Position numbers and translations under genes: made by a program. Below are positions 12,806 to 24,885 of a stretch of 64,000 bases of DNA, piece after piece. The notes below the pieces were generated by a model that saw only the letters and a list, made by a program, of their open reading frames with translations, was not told the DNA's origin and did no database searches. The stretch lies in assembly GCA_964658305.1 (NCBI GenBank), contig OZ210885.1, forward strand, positions 20,460,001 through 20,524,000, given 5' to 3'. The DNA is from Leptogorgia sarmentosa (taxonomy: Eukaryota). Position 1 is the stretch's first letter. Each line of letters begins with the position of its first letter.

Positions 12806-13014
12806 AAACCTTCGAATTGTCAGAAAAAAACACTTCTGATAGCTGTAACCTGATATTCTGCTAATGTTTTCCTACAAAGGTCACTCATCTCACCCCCGTA
12901 TCTTGTCATGTGATATTTTTTTCCTTTGATCCCCAACATCATTCGCCGCCACCTTTGAAGTTTCGCCGCTAGCCTAACCATCCTAGGTCTACTAACCGTG
13001 ATAGAGGGGAGACT

Positions 13015-14175
13015 AACTTAGATTTTGATATACAGGGTGTCTCAAAAAAAAGGTAATCGAACTTTGGCATGCCATTGTGCGTTAATTACTGGGTGTACGA
13101 ACATGATTTTTGCATGGTCATAAAGATCAGGGTCTTAGCAGTTGAATGACATATTTCTTGTACGATATGGAAGAAAATCAGGCAAATGCGAAAATCAGGC
13201 AGTGCATAACAAAAGAAAAATGCAATTCATCACGAATGTGTCATGGTAACAAAGATTTTATCAGGATTATTAATAATTATGCATAATCAGGTCGATTGTT
13301 GAAGGGAAGGTCGTCATCTTCGAGTCTCAGAGGGAGTTAATTTTGAATAAGTTTAGCTGCAATTCTCAGAGGTGAAAGAATGCATTTTTCACCGAGATTT
13401 TTCAACACGCTCGCATTTGCCTGATTTTCTTCCATATCGTACAACAAATATGTCATTCAACTGCTAAGACCTTGATCTTTATGACCATGCAAAAATCACG
13501 TTCGTACACCCAGTAATTAACGCACAATGGCATGCCAAAGTTGGATTACCTTTTTTTTTGAGACACCCTGTATTACACTTGTATTTTACTTTGACTTTGA
13601 CAGAGATATTAATGTTCAAAATCAAGGCCATATTTCTGGATGTGTGTAAAATATCCAAAAAATGGCGTATCAAATGAACTGGGCATTATTCAAATAGTTT
13701 GTTTAGTTGGGGCATGAATATTACCGACCCGGCCATTGTCTTCGAACTTCTGCCGCATTTCCACATCTTCCATGCTCCAAGCATACCCAAACTCTTTGAT
13801 CTTTATTTAATCTTGGCATGTTTAAAATAAACTCGAAATGAAACACAATAAACCCATAACTCCATGCATAAGACATAATTATAACTCCCCTGGGACATCC
13901 AACATTTTTGGAAAAAATTTTAACAAATGCTGTAATGTTAATTTGCAAAAATTCTCTAAACTATGCCTATATCACTTACAAACCTGAGTAATAATTTATA
14001 GAAATATAAGTCACCCCAATGTGTGTTCAAGTTGAGTAAAGCTTGATCAATTTTGATACCGCGTTTTTGGTATATTTTCGACACATCTGAAAATACGCTA
14101 CCGATTTTGAACACAAATATCTTCGTGAATTTTTAACTAAAATACAAGTGCAATATATCAAAATCTAATTAAGTT
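13015..14175 (-). mobile_element. Old Tc1/mariner-like relic with degenerate inverted ends
   Basis: After removing the 13033-13570 MITE, 13015-13673 is an imperfect reverse complement of ~14052-14175. Internal MPRLNKDQRVWVCLEHGRCGNAAEVRRQW resembles the HTH start of mariner-like transposases. Confidence 0.55.
13033..13570. mobile_element. Tc1/mariner MITE
   Basis: TA|CAGGGTGTCTCAAAAAAAAGG ... CCTTTTTTTTTGAGACACCCTG|TA; ~160-bp near-perfect TIRs. Confidence 0.9.
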
Positions 14176-14559
14176 AACTTTGCTTCTCTGCTTCAGGATC
14201 AAAATACTTAGCTACTGCCCAATCTGGCATTTTGCTTGCATAGGTTTGTGAAATAGTGCTCATGTTTTCACCAATGAACTTCTTCAGCAGACTGTCCTCT
14301 ACTGGATTGACTGGTAACAAAGATGGCAGCAAGTCATTAGGCACAGCTTCAATACGTTAAAGACTTTAACTAGAAGGGTGGTTGTGTGGACTGATTGGGT
14401 TTGGGTTTTAGACTCAGGACGATGCTTGGTATGTATATTGTGATAATCGTCAATGCAAAAATAATAAACTGTTCATTTTCAATCACGCTTTGAAAAAATT
14501 CTTTCACTCTTTCAAGATGAGGCTAGCATGGAGGTTTTGATGGTCCGAGGATTGCGAAG

Positions 14560-15090
14560 ATCAAGGTTATTCCAAGCAGCATTAGCGATTTGCTTATGTT
14601 CCACGCACTAGCATTTTGCCTAGGGATTGTAGATCATTTGGTAAATTTCTTCCCCTTGTTTGGCTAGGATATTGTATATTAACAGTGACAACAGTGGATG
14701 TACTTGCACTTGTTTCAGCTGAAACCTCGACTGGGGTTAGGGTATCACTACTGGTTGTGGCTGCGCTGTTGGATGGAACTTTTTTTGGTGCAGAATGAGC
14801 AATATATAACGAAGTCGACTGTAGGATATCTCTTGATGAACAGTCTGCTTTCCCTGAAACTGGTGACAAAGGTGGTATATAGAATATAGCCTCTACATGC
14901 GGTCTCTTTGCCGCATCTGCACATTGAAGTGATTCAGCCGAGAGCTCCGTTTCTTCCCTGTTTTTCGCGCAGTTTTCTCTCGATTTGTAGTATCCTAATT
15001 ATTCCGTACAAGCATTCGTGCAATTGTTCACAGACGTTAATTATGGGAGAATTTATGGCTGTACACAGGCTAAATTTACATACACGAAAT
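14560..15090 (-). pseudogene. Decayed coding remnant, probably transposon-derived, family unassigned
   Basis: ORF 14594..14869 (VTVNIQYPSQ...LQSLGKMLVRGT*) continues past the stop in a protein-like way; no termini found. Confidence 0.3.
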
Positions 15091-15240
15091 TAAAAACTCT
15101 ATAGTCAAAAATTTTAAATTATCAAGTTATAAATGTCTCAATGAACGTAGTTATCGGTACGAAAGAACTTTTCCTGAAGATCAGTTTTTAAATTTTGGTA
15201 TGTCTAACAAGAAAAAAAGTCACAGGAAAAAAACATGGCT

Positions 15241-17340
15241 TTACTGCTTCCATGCTTTGATATACCCTATGCATTTTCTTGTGGTTCTGACGTGCTCTTT
15301 GCTAACAGACGCATGCCTTAATCCATAATCATGACTATGTACATAATTCGCGACAGCATTTTTGAGTGGATTGTTCACAGCACCGTTGATGTTAAGCTTA
15401 TTCATAAATGTCCTGCATAGTTGTAGTCCAACACGATCCAACGCTTCAGTATATGGGGTTTCAGGAACAATGATGCAAAGCGCTCTTTTCTGAATAGTTT
15501 CAATAAGATCCGACTGCTGCTTCGTTAATGGAGACCATGCTGGGGAAGCATACTCGATACAGGATCTAATAAAGGTCGAATAGATACAGACCAGGTTTTT
15601 TACACTCAATCCAGCTTTTTTTAACTGGTGTAAAGCGTACAATCTGGAGCTACATTTTTTGATAACATAGACAATATGATCCCACCACTAAAGGTCATCT
15701 CTGAACATCACACCAAGCAATTTAAGTGAGCTCACAGACTGCACCAAAGTCCTGTCAATGTATATTGGATTATAGATTTTCCACCGGAAGTAATTAAGAG
15801 GCTAGCCATGCAAACCATTTGCATACAGGGAGTACAAGTACTGGCTTGCGAAGCATGCCCCCCATCACGTGTAACACTAGCCACGCACACAAACCTAAAG
15901 TTTACTTTGGTGGTCGGAATGTCCAGCGACGAACGAGAACACACTGCAACCACAGCACGAAGAGAGGAGAGCGAGCTTACAGAGCAAGGCGAGTTTTTGC
16001 AAGGTTTAAGCATTATTTGGATCAAAAGGTGGAGAGTCTATCAACCAACATATCTGCAGAAGCATCAGGATGGTCAAAGCAAATCGAACGACAAGCCGAA
16101 GGACAAAGTCTAAAGTTCGCTGGGAACAAAGATCAATTCTTGTTCAACACGGAGATTCAAGACTCCCTTGAAGCGACAGCAGCTTTATTAAACAGAAACG
16201 ATATTCCTACCGTGTTGGAAAAATTGGAAAGTACCCTGGGCTCTGTGCGAAACAGACAAAAGAAAATAAAGCTTGCGGATAAGAGTGAAGCGGGCTGGCT
16301 GGTCGTTAAAGAATACGAAGCCGAGGAATTGGCCAGCAACTCGGAAGATGAGGAGAGGATCCGGAAAGCCCAAACATTCGCCCTTCGTAAGAAGTCGAAA
16401 GCAGCAAATGAAAGAGCCAAGTCCCGGCGGTATGCTTCAACTGATACTGCTAGGCCTTCTCGGTTCGATCCTGATGACAAAATGTTTTTTCGAGGTAAAG
16501 CCTATGTAATATATCTCAGTATCGTAATTCCATTTACCTCGCCGCTAGCCCTTTTTGTTTGATAGATCACAAGGGTAGGCGAGTGTCTACATGCAACGTG
16601 TGTTCAGTGATTCTACATGCATGTAGGAGGAAAATGTTTTTCCTTCGTATGAACGCAGTCAGTAGAAGGAAAGTTATGTGGGAGATGATATTCAAGGAAT
16701 GATATAGTCATTTCCTTACACTTCTTTGGATTGAGTTTCATTCCTCTGGCGGACGCGAAATGAAAAATTTCGTTCACAAGAGCAGGCATCAACGCTGGGA
16801 GAGCAGCGAGGAATAACTTCCAAGGCAGTTGTTTCATCAACAAACTTAATTCGTGCATTCCAATCCTTAAAAGAGAATTCACCAGAACAGCAAACAAAAA
16901 GGGCCCAAGTTTTGTCCCTTGTGGTAAACCACCGTTGACTCGTTTCCACAATGATGTAATAGAGGGGCCAACTTTAACACACTGTTCACGACAGGATAGA
17001 AAGGATCTTATTAATGCTCTATTCACTTAAAGCTCCTGCAGTTCATGGATAATAACGTTATGATCCACCAGATCAAACCCTTTTTTGAAGTCTGCAAAAA
17101 ATAATCTAACAGAGCAATGACCCTTGTCCAAGGCGGAAATGATCAAATGGATAAGATAGACAAGAGCTTGAGTCGTTGACTTCCCTGTTAGAGCAAACTG
17201 CTTCAGATCCAATTTATGGGATACTTCAGAGATGAGTGATTTTAAAACAAAACCTTCCATCACCTTGGATACTTGAGCTGTTAAAGATATGGGTCTTAAA
17301 TCGTCTTCAATGGACAAATTGGGCATTTTTCTTGGTTAAA
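15241..17340 (-). mobile_element. CR1/L2-group LINE reverse transcriptase fragment, interrupted at 15770-16667
   Basis: Motifs DLRPISLT, GKSTTQAL, FADFKKGFDLVDH, GLPQGTKLGP, KFVDET, LNPKKCKEM, KLLGV and RSCIEYASPAW over several frameshifted ORFs. Confidence 0.9.
15770..16667 (+). mobile_element. DIRS-type retroelement gag-like fragment inserted in the LINE
   Basis: ORF 15819..16562 has GNKDQFLFN..RQKKIKLADKSEAGWLVVKEYEAEELASNSEDEERIRKA, as in ORF1 of invertebrate YR retrotransposons. GGA flanks both sides, and removing the insert restores LINE HNF-PIYID. Confidence 0.65.
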
Positions 17341-17502
17341 CCACGGAGGGGAGCAGTGATGGTGGCAAAGTTGGGTGTATACCGGGTGGCACAAAAAAAA
17401 GTACAACTGTTTGATTACTTATAACTCAAAAACCATATGCGGTAGAACCCTAAATGGAGTTTCATTGCATCCAGCGATGTCTAACTTAAATTTTGAGATA
17501 TT

Positions 17503-17727
17503 TGTTGAGAATTGCCTCCCGTTTCCCAACATGTTAACGAATACACACTGTACAATATACCTGAACGTTTTATTAACAACAAACTCCCTTCTTTTTTCTC
17601 TCGCTTTTCCCGAAATCTACCTTTCTTCCCTCTCCCCTCCGGTATATTCCGGAGCTGTCCGACTGGCATGCGAGTCTACTCACATGTCCCACGCGATAAA
17701 TATCAACCCTAAATATAGTTTCCGACA
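17503..17727 (-). repeat. BEL 3' LTR
   Basis: Direct repeat of 21762-21986 with 5 transitions seen by eye. Confidence 0.95.
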
Positions 17728-17811
17728 CTCTCCCCCCATATAACTTCTTGAAGGTATATGCACTGAAAGGAAACTCGAATTAAACTAATGTCAAGTCCAC
17801 TAACTGTTATA

Positions 17812-20800
17812 TCAACGTCCACTAACGTTTATCTCTTGTGTTGTCAATGGCCCCGACCGTGTCTCTTTCCTAATTGCTTTCGCTCGACAATTATACACAA
17901 ATCGAGAAATCCATGCATTTATTCTTACAGCTTTGTTTAGGGAAACCTTTGTCAAAATTTCATCAGGTGGGTTGGTTGGTTCTACAGCTAACTTGAACAC
18001 TACTCTAGTTGTTACTATATCTCTCGGCCACTCGCTCTGATTACTCAACCACGGAGGTCCTTTCCACCACAGTAGATTTCCAGTTACCCGCCCTCCCCGA
18101 CTACCCAGGTCAGCGGGGTTGTCTTGACTTGGGACATAATGCCAAATTATCTCTGGGCAAGCTTGAATCTTTCTCACCCGATTTGCCACAAATTGCTTAT
18201 ATTCTCCTCCCCCTTTTAACCACTGCAGCGCTACCGTGCTGTCTAACCATCCGTAGGTTCCTGTAACAGGCATTCCCTCAAGCGCTTGTTGAACATTCTT
18301 CATTAGATTTGTTGCCATATGGGCGGAAACAAGTTCGAGGCGAGGTATGCTCAAGTCCTGTTTAGCTAATCTTGCTCTGGCAGCGACTAGACCCACGTTA
18401 GTTTCATCACCTTGTTTCACAATTGCATAGAGGGCTGCACAAACTCCTTTCCCGCTTGCATCCCCAAATGTGTGCAGCTCAATTTCTTCTACAGCTTTGC
18501 GCTGTGTTATCAAGGCTCTCGGTACAGTTACACGTTTAGGCAGTTCCCTTACCCATCGACCATATTCTGCTGCTTGTGGTTCTGGAAGTGATGCATCCCA
18601 CGCTGTTTTTGCCTTGCAAGTTTCTCGGTAGATTGTCTTTCCCTTGAGTGTCACAGGTGCTACAAGGCCCAAGGGATCGTAAATGCTTGCTAGATTGCTC
18701 AAAAGTTCTCTCTTAGTCACGTTCGGTTTCATCTCGGGGACCACAACATTGAACTCATCCGCTTCCTTGTTCCAGGACAAGCCGAGAAGACTTGACTCCG
18801 GATCAGTTGGTGCATCAAGTTGCTGTTTAGCAAAGGTATTCTCTGTCTCCACGCTGGACTGTTCGCTTTCCAACTCAGGATCATTTGAATGCCATTTGTG
18901 TAATGTGAACTGGGCATCTTGAAAAATCTCGATAGCTCCTTCCTTCAACTTTTTTGCTTCTGCTACGGTTGGCTTACCACTTAGCAGGTCGTCCACATAG
19001 AGGCTTCTTCGGATTTCCACTACCAGCTCTGGTTCACGTTCTTCCCATGATTCCAGGTGACAGTCGACGACACCGCCGAGAAGGAACGGTGAACACACTA
19101 GACCAAATAGCGCTCGCGTGAATCTCAATGTTTCGACTAACGACTGTTTATTTGACTTCCAATGGAATCTGAGCGAGTCTCTCTCGACTTTCCTGATACA
19201 GACTTGTAAAAAAGCCTGTTTAATGTCCCCGGTTACTGTGACCGGGTGAAACCGAATACGTACCAACACGTTCCATAACCGATTTTGAAGCGGAGGTCCT
19301 GCATAAAGACAATCATTAAGGCTTGGTTCTTGTGGGTTTCCTCCTGTTGAAGCATTGTAAACAATGCGTAGTTTGGTTGACTCAGCTTGTGTTCTCATAA
19401 CAGGCTTGTGGGGTATGTAAAATTCTTTCCCGGTTGGTGGTTCGGTTGCTGACTCCACTATCCCCTCTGACTTTTGTTGATTGATCACCTCTGCATACTT
19501 CTCCGTCATCTCTAGCCGTTGTAGCTTGTTATGGAGTTGCGTTAGTCGCCATAAACTGCCATCTTTATTATTTGGTAGAGGGGGGTGGCTCCCTTTCCAA
19601 AGTAAACCTGTCTCGTACCACCCTTCTTGATCTCGTACTAGGTGCTCACGAAATTCTGCATGGACCACACATTGATCATGTTCAGGCTTGTCTTCCAGTC
19701 CCAATACATCCAATCTACATAAGTCTTCATAATCTGACTGGCTTGTCTGTGTCAGAAGCATCTTTGAGTGGTCGAATTCCTTACCCGGAGACATCATTGT
19801 CCATCCGAACCTGGTCTTCTCCGCTACCGGTTCTCCTGGGAGACCAACACGGGCTGGCTCTACTGTCTTGATAGCCGCGTACGCGCTTGCGCCCAGGATG
19901 AGATGTACTGGTAGAAGAGGTTTAGTGTCGTTGTCCTCCATACTTACTCCCTCCAGATGACGATACGAATCAACCAGGGTTTGGTAATTTGGATTGGCGA
20001 TCATTAGTAGGTTTCCGCGTTCGACTCTTGTCACTTCGACATCCATCTTAAACCTGTTGTCGGTAGCTCCCACGTTGATGGTGGAAACAGACACTTCACG
20101 AGTAGTCGAACCCAACATCATTTCTATTTGTCGAACTTCTTTGGATTGAGATCGCCTTAGAAGTTTGTCCAAGAGAGCAGCAGAAGCATAAGAGCTTCCT
20201 GCCCCTGTGTGAAGTAGTGCCCGACATATCACACCCTCAACGCTTACATCGACGACTGGGTATACCACTTGACTTGCACTCCCCCCTGTCGCTACCTTAA
20301 GACTTTCCTTCACAGTGCATATTGAAGTGTGGTGTTTTAAGTTGCACTTCTGACAACCAATTGTACTTCAACACTCATTAGCTCGGTGTTTTGGGCCCGT
20401 ACAATTGAAACACAATTTCTTCTTGGCTAGAATCCCCTTCCTGTCATCCACACTCACCACGCGTGCACACTCTCGTGAGCCATGGCTGACGTCATCACAA
20501 TACACACAGGGCCATTTACGGGCATTGGCATTAAATAGACTTTCTCGTCCACTCCCCTTTCGTCTCTCTTTGTCACCGTCCTTGACAATCTCTTTATCAC
20601 TATGATTTATGTCCCTCCATTGTTTTAAAGCTCTGATAAGATGTGCTAAATCCCATTCTTGCCAATCCCCTTGTCCTCTCACTAGGTCACTCTTTATCCC
20701 TGGCAATTTGTCAAGCACACTTCGCGTCATTCCATTCACACGCTCAACTTTTTCCATTGTTTCAAGTGATTGTACATTGAAAAGCAGAACTTTATAGAAA

Positions 20801-21582
20801 TTGTTTATCTCACCTGGATCAGTACTTTTCACCACTGGTAACTCGAGAATGTTTTGGACATAGGCATTAACAATTTCGCTCGGTTTGCCGTACTCTCCTT
20901 TCAAGATATTTTTTGCCCTTTCATACCCCTCTACGGTTAGAGGCAACCCATCGATATCGGCTCTCACCTTTGGCTTAACAAACTCCTTCAAATAGGTAAA
21001 CTTCGTAACAGGCGACAGATCAGCACCGTCAATTTCAGCAACAAATTTGTTCCAAAAGGGTGGCCAATTCGCACATTTCCCATCGAACTGCGTAATAGAT
21101 AGCTTCGGGAATTTTGTCGACGCCGCTTTCTTTACTTGGTTTTGCTGTCCCGTTGCTAACACCTTCTGAAACTTTAGCTGTTGTTCATAAAGTTCACGTT
21201 CGTGACTCATTTTTTGTTTGTGCTTTTGGTCTTCGATTGCCCTCTCTTGTCTAACTGATTCGGCCAATTCAACGGCCTGGTTTTCCTTCGCTATATTTTC
21301 TTTTATTCGTTTTAAATCTACCAGTTTCTCGTCGGCTGTTTTCAAAATTCCCTCAATGTCGACCAGCCATTCTTGCACTTGCTCTTCCGATTGTTCCAGA
21401 CCGAATTTCAATTCTATAATGTCATCTTTTAAGGCGTGACTCGGTTCGATTTTACCTTTGATTGACGCCTCGTGTCTTGTTATCACATCGAGGTTTCTCG
21501 TTTCAATTTCTTGTTCGCTTTTACCCAACGTAAATTTTAATGTTCGTAGTTTCCCATCAAGCTCTTGTAGTTTTTCCTCCAT
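17812..21582 (-). pseudogene. BEL gag-pol (DUF1759-like gag, CCHC knuckles, protease, RT, RNase H)
   Basis: ORFs 20368..21582 and 17812..20313 share a frame and are split by one TGA. Motifs CVYC..H..C, CFNC..H..C, ALLHTGAGSSY (protease Asp to His), GDIKQAF, FGLVCSPF, YVDD, FGDAS, IPRLEL, NPADLGSRG; no integrase. Confidence 0.93.
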
Positions 21583-21761
21583 GCTTTCCTTTCACTTCGT
21601 TTCTTTAGGTATATATAATAAATCACTCGATAAATAGCGGCCGTATGTCACTGTAGTTTGTACGCTATCGTTTAGTTTCGATTTGTCACTTGATAAATAT
21701 GCTGGGTTCTTGCTCTTGTTCGAGCTTAAATTGTCACAAATCCCGTCGTGGAGGTGCCAGT

Positions 21762-21986
21762 TGTTGAGAATTGCCTCCCGTTTCCCAACACGTTAACAAA
21801 TACACACTGTATAATATACCTGAACGTTTTATTAACAACAAACTCCCTTCTCTTTTCTCTCGCTTTTCCCGAAATCTACCTTTCTTCCCTCTCCCCTCCG
21901 GTATATTCCGGAGCTGTCCGACTGGCATGCGAGTCTACTCGCATGTCCCACGCGATAAATATCAACCCTAAATATAGTTTCCGACA
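21762..21986 (-). repeat. BEL 5' LTR
   Basis: Direct repeat of 17503-17727, followed on - by the PBS. Confidence 0.95.
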
Positions 21987-22929
21987 TATTCAACAGATAT
22001 TTAGAAACCTTCATAAATTAGCTAAAAACGGCCTATTAAATATTAATACAGCATTAACAACGTACAAAGAGATGTACTGTGTTCCGGATCGTGTAAAACA
22101 AATATCTACTTGTTAGAAAATGCATGTCCCCAAGCACGAATGCAGCGTCTTGCCAACTCTTTGCTCCTTCGTTAAACGAGGCATAATTATTACTTAGAAA
22201 CATACGAGGCAACATTCGCATTTTAGAATTCAGTTCATTCACTTTGGACGTCGAATTAAAATTTAGAAGAAAACTTGCCTTGTAGCTTAATTTTTCTGTT
22301 GCCGAACAGCAAACAAAAACGATACAAGGAAGATGAAATTTGCACTTCAACTACGTTTGTTAAAACGCTGCTTATAGTGACGCGGTTATAAAATCAGTTT
22401 AATAGGCCATTTGAAAATTTTTCACAAAAGTTTAAACTCTCATATCTCAGTCAATCTTGGACGAAAATGCCTGTCGAATATATCTTCCATCGCTGGATGC
22501 AATGAAACTCCATTTAGTGTTCTACAGCTTATGTTTTCTGACCTATAAGTAATCAAACAGTTGTACTTTTTTTTGCGCCACCTGGTATTTGGAGCTGTAG
22601 TTTCATTCCATTCCCAAAAGATTACGTACTTCGGATACATTCTTCGGTTTCGATGCGTTTTTCAATGCTGTGATGTGCTTGGGATCTGGCTGGCATCCAT
22701 CCTTAGAGAAGATTTGCCCAAAAAATTCTGAGCGAAAAATTATTCAAAATTTTGTCCAGTTGGGAATTGTTTGTAGTGGATACTTTGTTCAGGTGAAGGC
22801 TAACTAAGCCTAATTCCTGCGCTGTAGTGGCAGAGATCAGTTTACCACCGTTCGTTGTCTAGGCAACGTAGAGTGTAGCAACTGCGATGCGTTTCTTCGT
22901 TTCAATCAACGCCTGTTTTTGCTTCGGAT

Positions 22930-23320
22930 TGGTTATGCCACTGGCTAGTATGAACATTTCATTTGAATCTGTATGACAATAGAGAGAACAATGGTATCGA
23001 GTGTGCTCTATGGCCTCACCTTTATCCTTTTCATGAGTGGTGTGAGACGAAATTGTCTGGTAGCACTTCTCGGCAGAGTGCCAAAACGTCTTTAACGATG
23101 AAGATACTGATTGAGGTTCTTGATTTTTCTCTCGATTACGAGTTGCTCCAATTTGTGTACGATAGGTAACTTTTTCAGGTCCTATATCATCATCCAGAGA
23201 ATTGAATACATCAGCTGCAATGTCACTTTAAAAGAAAATATTTTCTCTAGAATATTGGAAGTGGCACCGTCAATATTCAATGGATGCTGTGTGCCAGTTC
23301 GGCTATGCAGATATTTCTAT
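22930..23320 (+). pseudogene. Helitron-like Rep remnant
   Basis: GIECALWPHLYP...YELLQFVYDR, then FSLEYWKWH..MDAVCQFG in a shifted frame, resembling the region upstream of Rep motif I. Confidence 0.5.
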
Positions 23321-23328
23321 TAATATAA

Positions 23329-24048
23329 GACTACGTTCACACTATGAGCTGTTGATAGTGGAAGGTGGAGTGGTGGTGGTCGCGTTGTCGCTACCTTCTA
23401 GGAGCCCTGTGAGAATATTTGGGGAGGTTCCCCAGCTGCAGAAATGATAGAAGGTGGTTTAGAGTCTTCCGATACACAATCAGAAACACAACAAGTGGTC
23501 GAAACCCAACGTGGAGCACAATTGCTTGTCAGCACAAGAGCACAAGTTCAGAAGCTCAGATTTCCAACCCAAACAAAAGAAGGAATCTGGTAAATCATAT
23601 AACAAATCAGCGTAATGCAAAACTAATGAAGGAGTTATCTGTTGAAAAAGTAATGCTTGATATTGCCAAAAAAGATGTTACCCTCAAAAAGGAATTGTTT
23701 GTCAACATGAAAAAGTCTGACAAAGAGCAGTGTGATCAATTACGAGCTTTAAATGAAACCATGTTGCACTTAACAAAATCAATTAACGAAGGTGTGCGAG
23801 TACTTGGCCAAACAAATCCAGCAATTATGCAAAACAGACAATTTGTCCCAGCATATCCCACCCATTCAGTGACTGAGCAAACATCATATGGTCCGAGTAT
23901 GAGTGACCAATGTAGTACATGGTCAAAATGTTGGAGCAATCCACCTGATAAATGGCATGAACCAGTTGGAAAACACATACAATTTCCACTGACTGGTAAC
24001 TATGCAAGTACTCAAATACCAAGTTTTTTTTTGTTATACAGAGTGTGA
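23329..24048 (+). mobile_element. PIF/Harbinger relic with accessory (Myb-partner) ORF remnant
   Basis: TAA|GACTACGTTCACACT terminus. RWSGGGRVV..ENIWGGSPAA..KLMKELS..LDIAKKDVTLK aligns by eye with the Harbinger second ORF at 62166-62903. Confidence 0.6.
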
Positions 24049-24646
24049 ATAAAATACTTTTTATTTGACCAGGTCAAATTCAAATAGCTTATTGTATCAT
24101 TTTGAATACTCTAATGGCTTTGAATGATGCATAAAGTGATTCCCCTGTGATTTCTTGTGTGATTTTGTTCTTTTGACAGATGTGAATGAGTAAACTAGGC
24201 ATGAATGTCCAGGGAGAAAATAACTCAAAGAAGAATTTTTGAATTAAAAAATTGTCAGTCCAGCAGCAGCATATGTAATAGTATAAAAATATTCAAAATC
24301 AACCAATATGCTAAGTTTACTGTTTTACTGCAATAGCTTACATGTGCTATTATATAGTTTTGTAGCTAGTAAATAGTTTATATTAATTTGACTGTTGTTG
24401 TTTTTGTTGATAATTACAGCCACTGTGGCATTTTCTACAAGGAAATTTGATATTTTGATGGTTCATATTACAATTTCACCTACTCTGTTTAAATGCAGTA
24501 TTTACACAGGTATGGTGGGGGCGATTTTCACATTATGTTCTGGAGGGGTGGCTGGGTTGCATAAAACTTTGGGGAGGGTTGCATGAACACAATATTGGTT
24601 ATGTTTAACCAAAGAATTCTACAAATGTATCTCTGGCTGTTTTCAG

Positions 24647-24885
24647 GGGCCGGTTGTACGAAGCCCGTTTAGCCTAAACGGTGGATAAGCCAAAATTTAA
24701 TAACACTCTCACAACTCTTGTAAACGTATAAATTTAAATTTCATGCACTAAATACGTAGTGGCAGTCATAGATGTTCTGTTCATGTTGAAAACTTTCAGT
24801 TTTGTTGTTCAATGAATTAATAGACTTGTTTTTATTTTTCAGCTTATCCACCGTTTAGGTTAAACGGGCTTCGTACAACCGGCCC
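24647..24885. mobile_element. Harbinger-type MITE
   Basis: CAG|GGGCCGGTTGTACGAAGCCCGTTTA ... TAAACGGGCTTCGTACAACCGGCCC|CTG; ~44-bp TIR, CWG target. Confidence 0.8.

Larger units (their letters stand above)
9636..13000 (+). mobile_element. P-superfamily DNA transposon (3' portion) with two convergent genes
   Basis: P/THAP9-type transposase on + and a convergent ORF on -. Candidate right terminus ...CTAACCGTG at 13000 reads 5'-CACGG on -, a CANRG-like P end. The 5' part (THAP) is displaced by the LINE insertion. Confidence 0.75.
17503..21986 (-). mobile_element. BEL/Pao LTR retrotransposon lacking integrase
   Basis: 225-bp LTRs TG..CA; PBS TGGCACCTCCACGACGGGA just inside the 5' LTR; PPT GGGGGGAGAG (17728-17737); TATT duplicated on both flanks. 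Confidence 0.95.
17382..22585. mobile_element. Tc1/mariner MITE (~0.7 kb) split by the BEL element
   Basis: TA|CCGGGTGGCACAAAAAAAAGTACAAC ... GTTGTACTTTTTTTTGCGCCACCTGG|TA; ~100-bp TIRs (17382-17479, 22488-22585). Confidence 0.85.

Noticed and set aside
17375..17743. Duplicated small ORFs here and at 21734-22116
   Set aside because: They are chance frames through the two BEL LTRs.
20368..20370. Programmed gag-pol stop read-through in BEL
   Set aside because: The TGA lies within the zinc-knuckle region and BEL elements normally have one ORF; a simple nonsense mutation is more likely.
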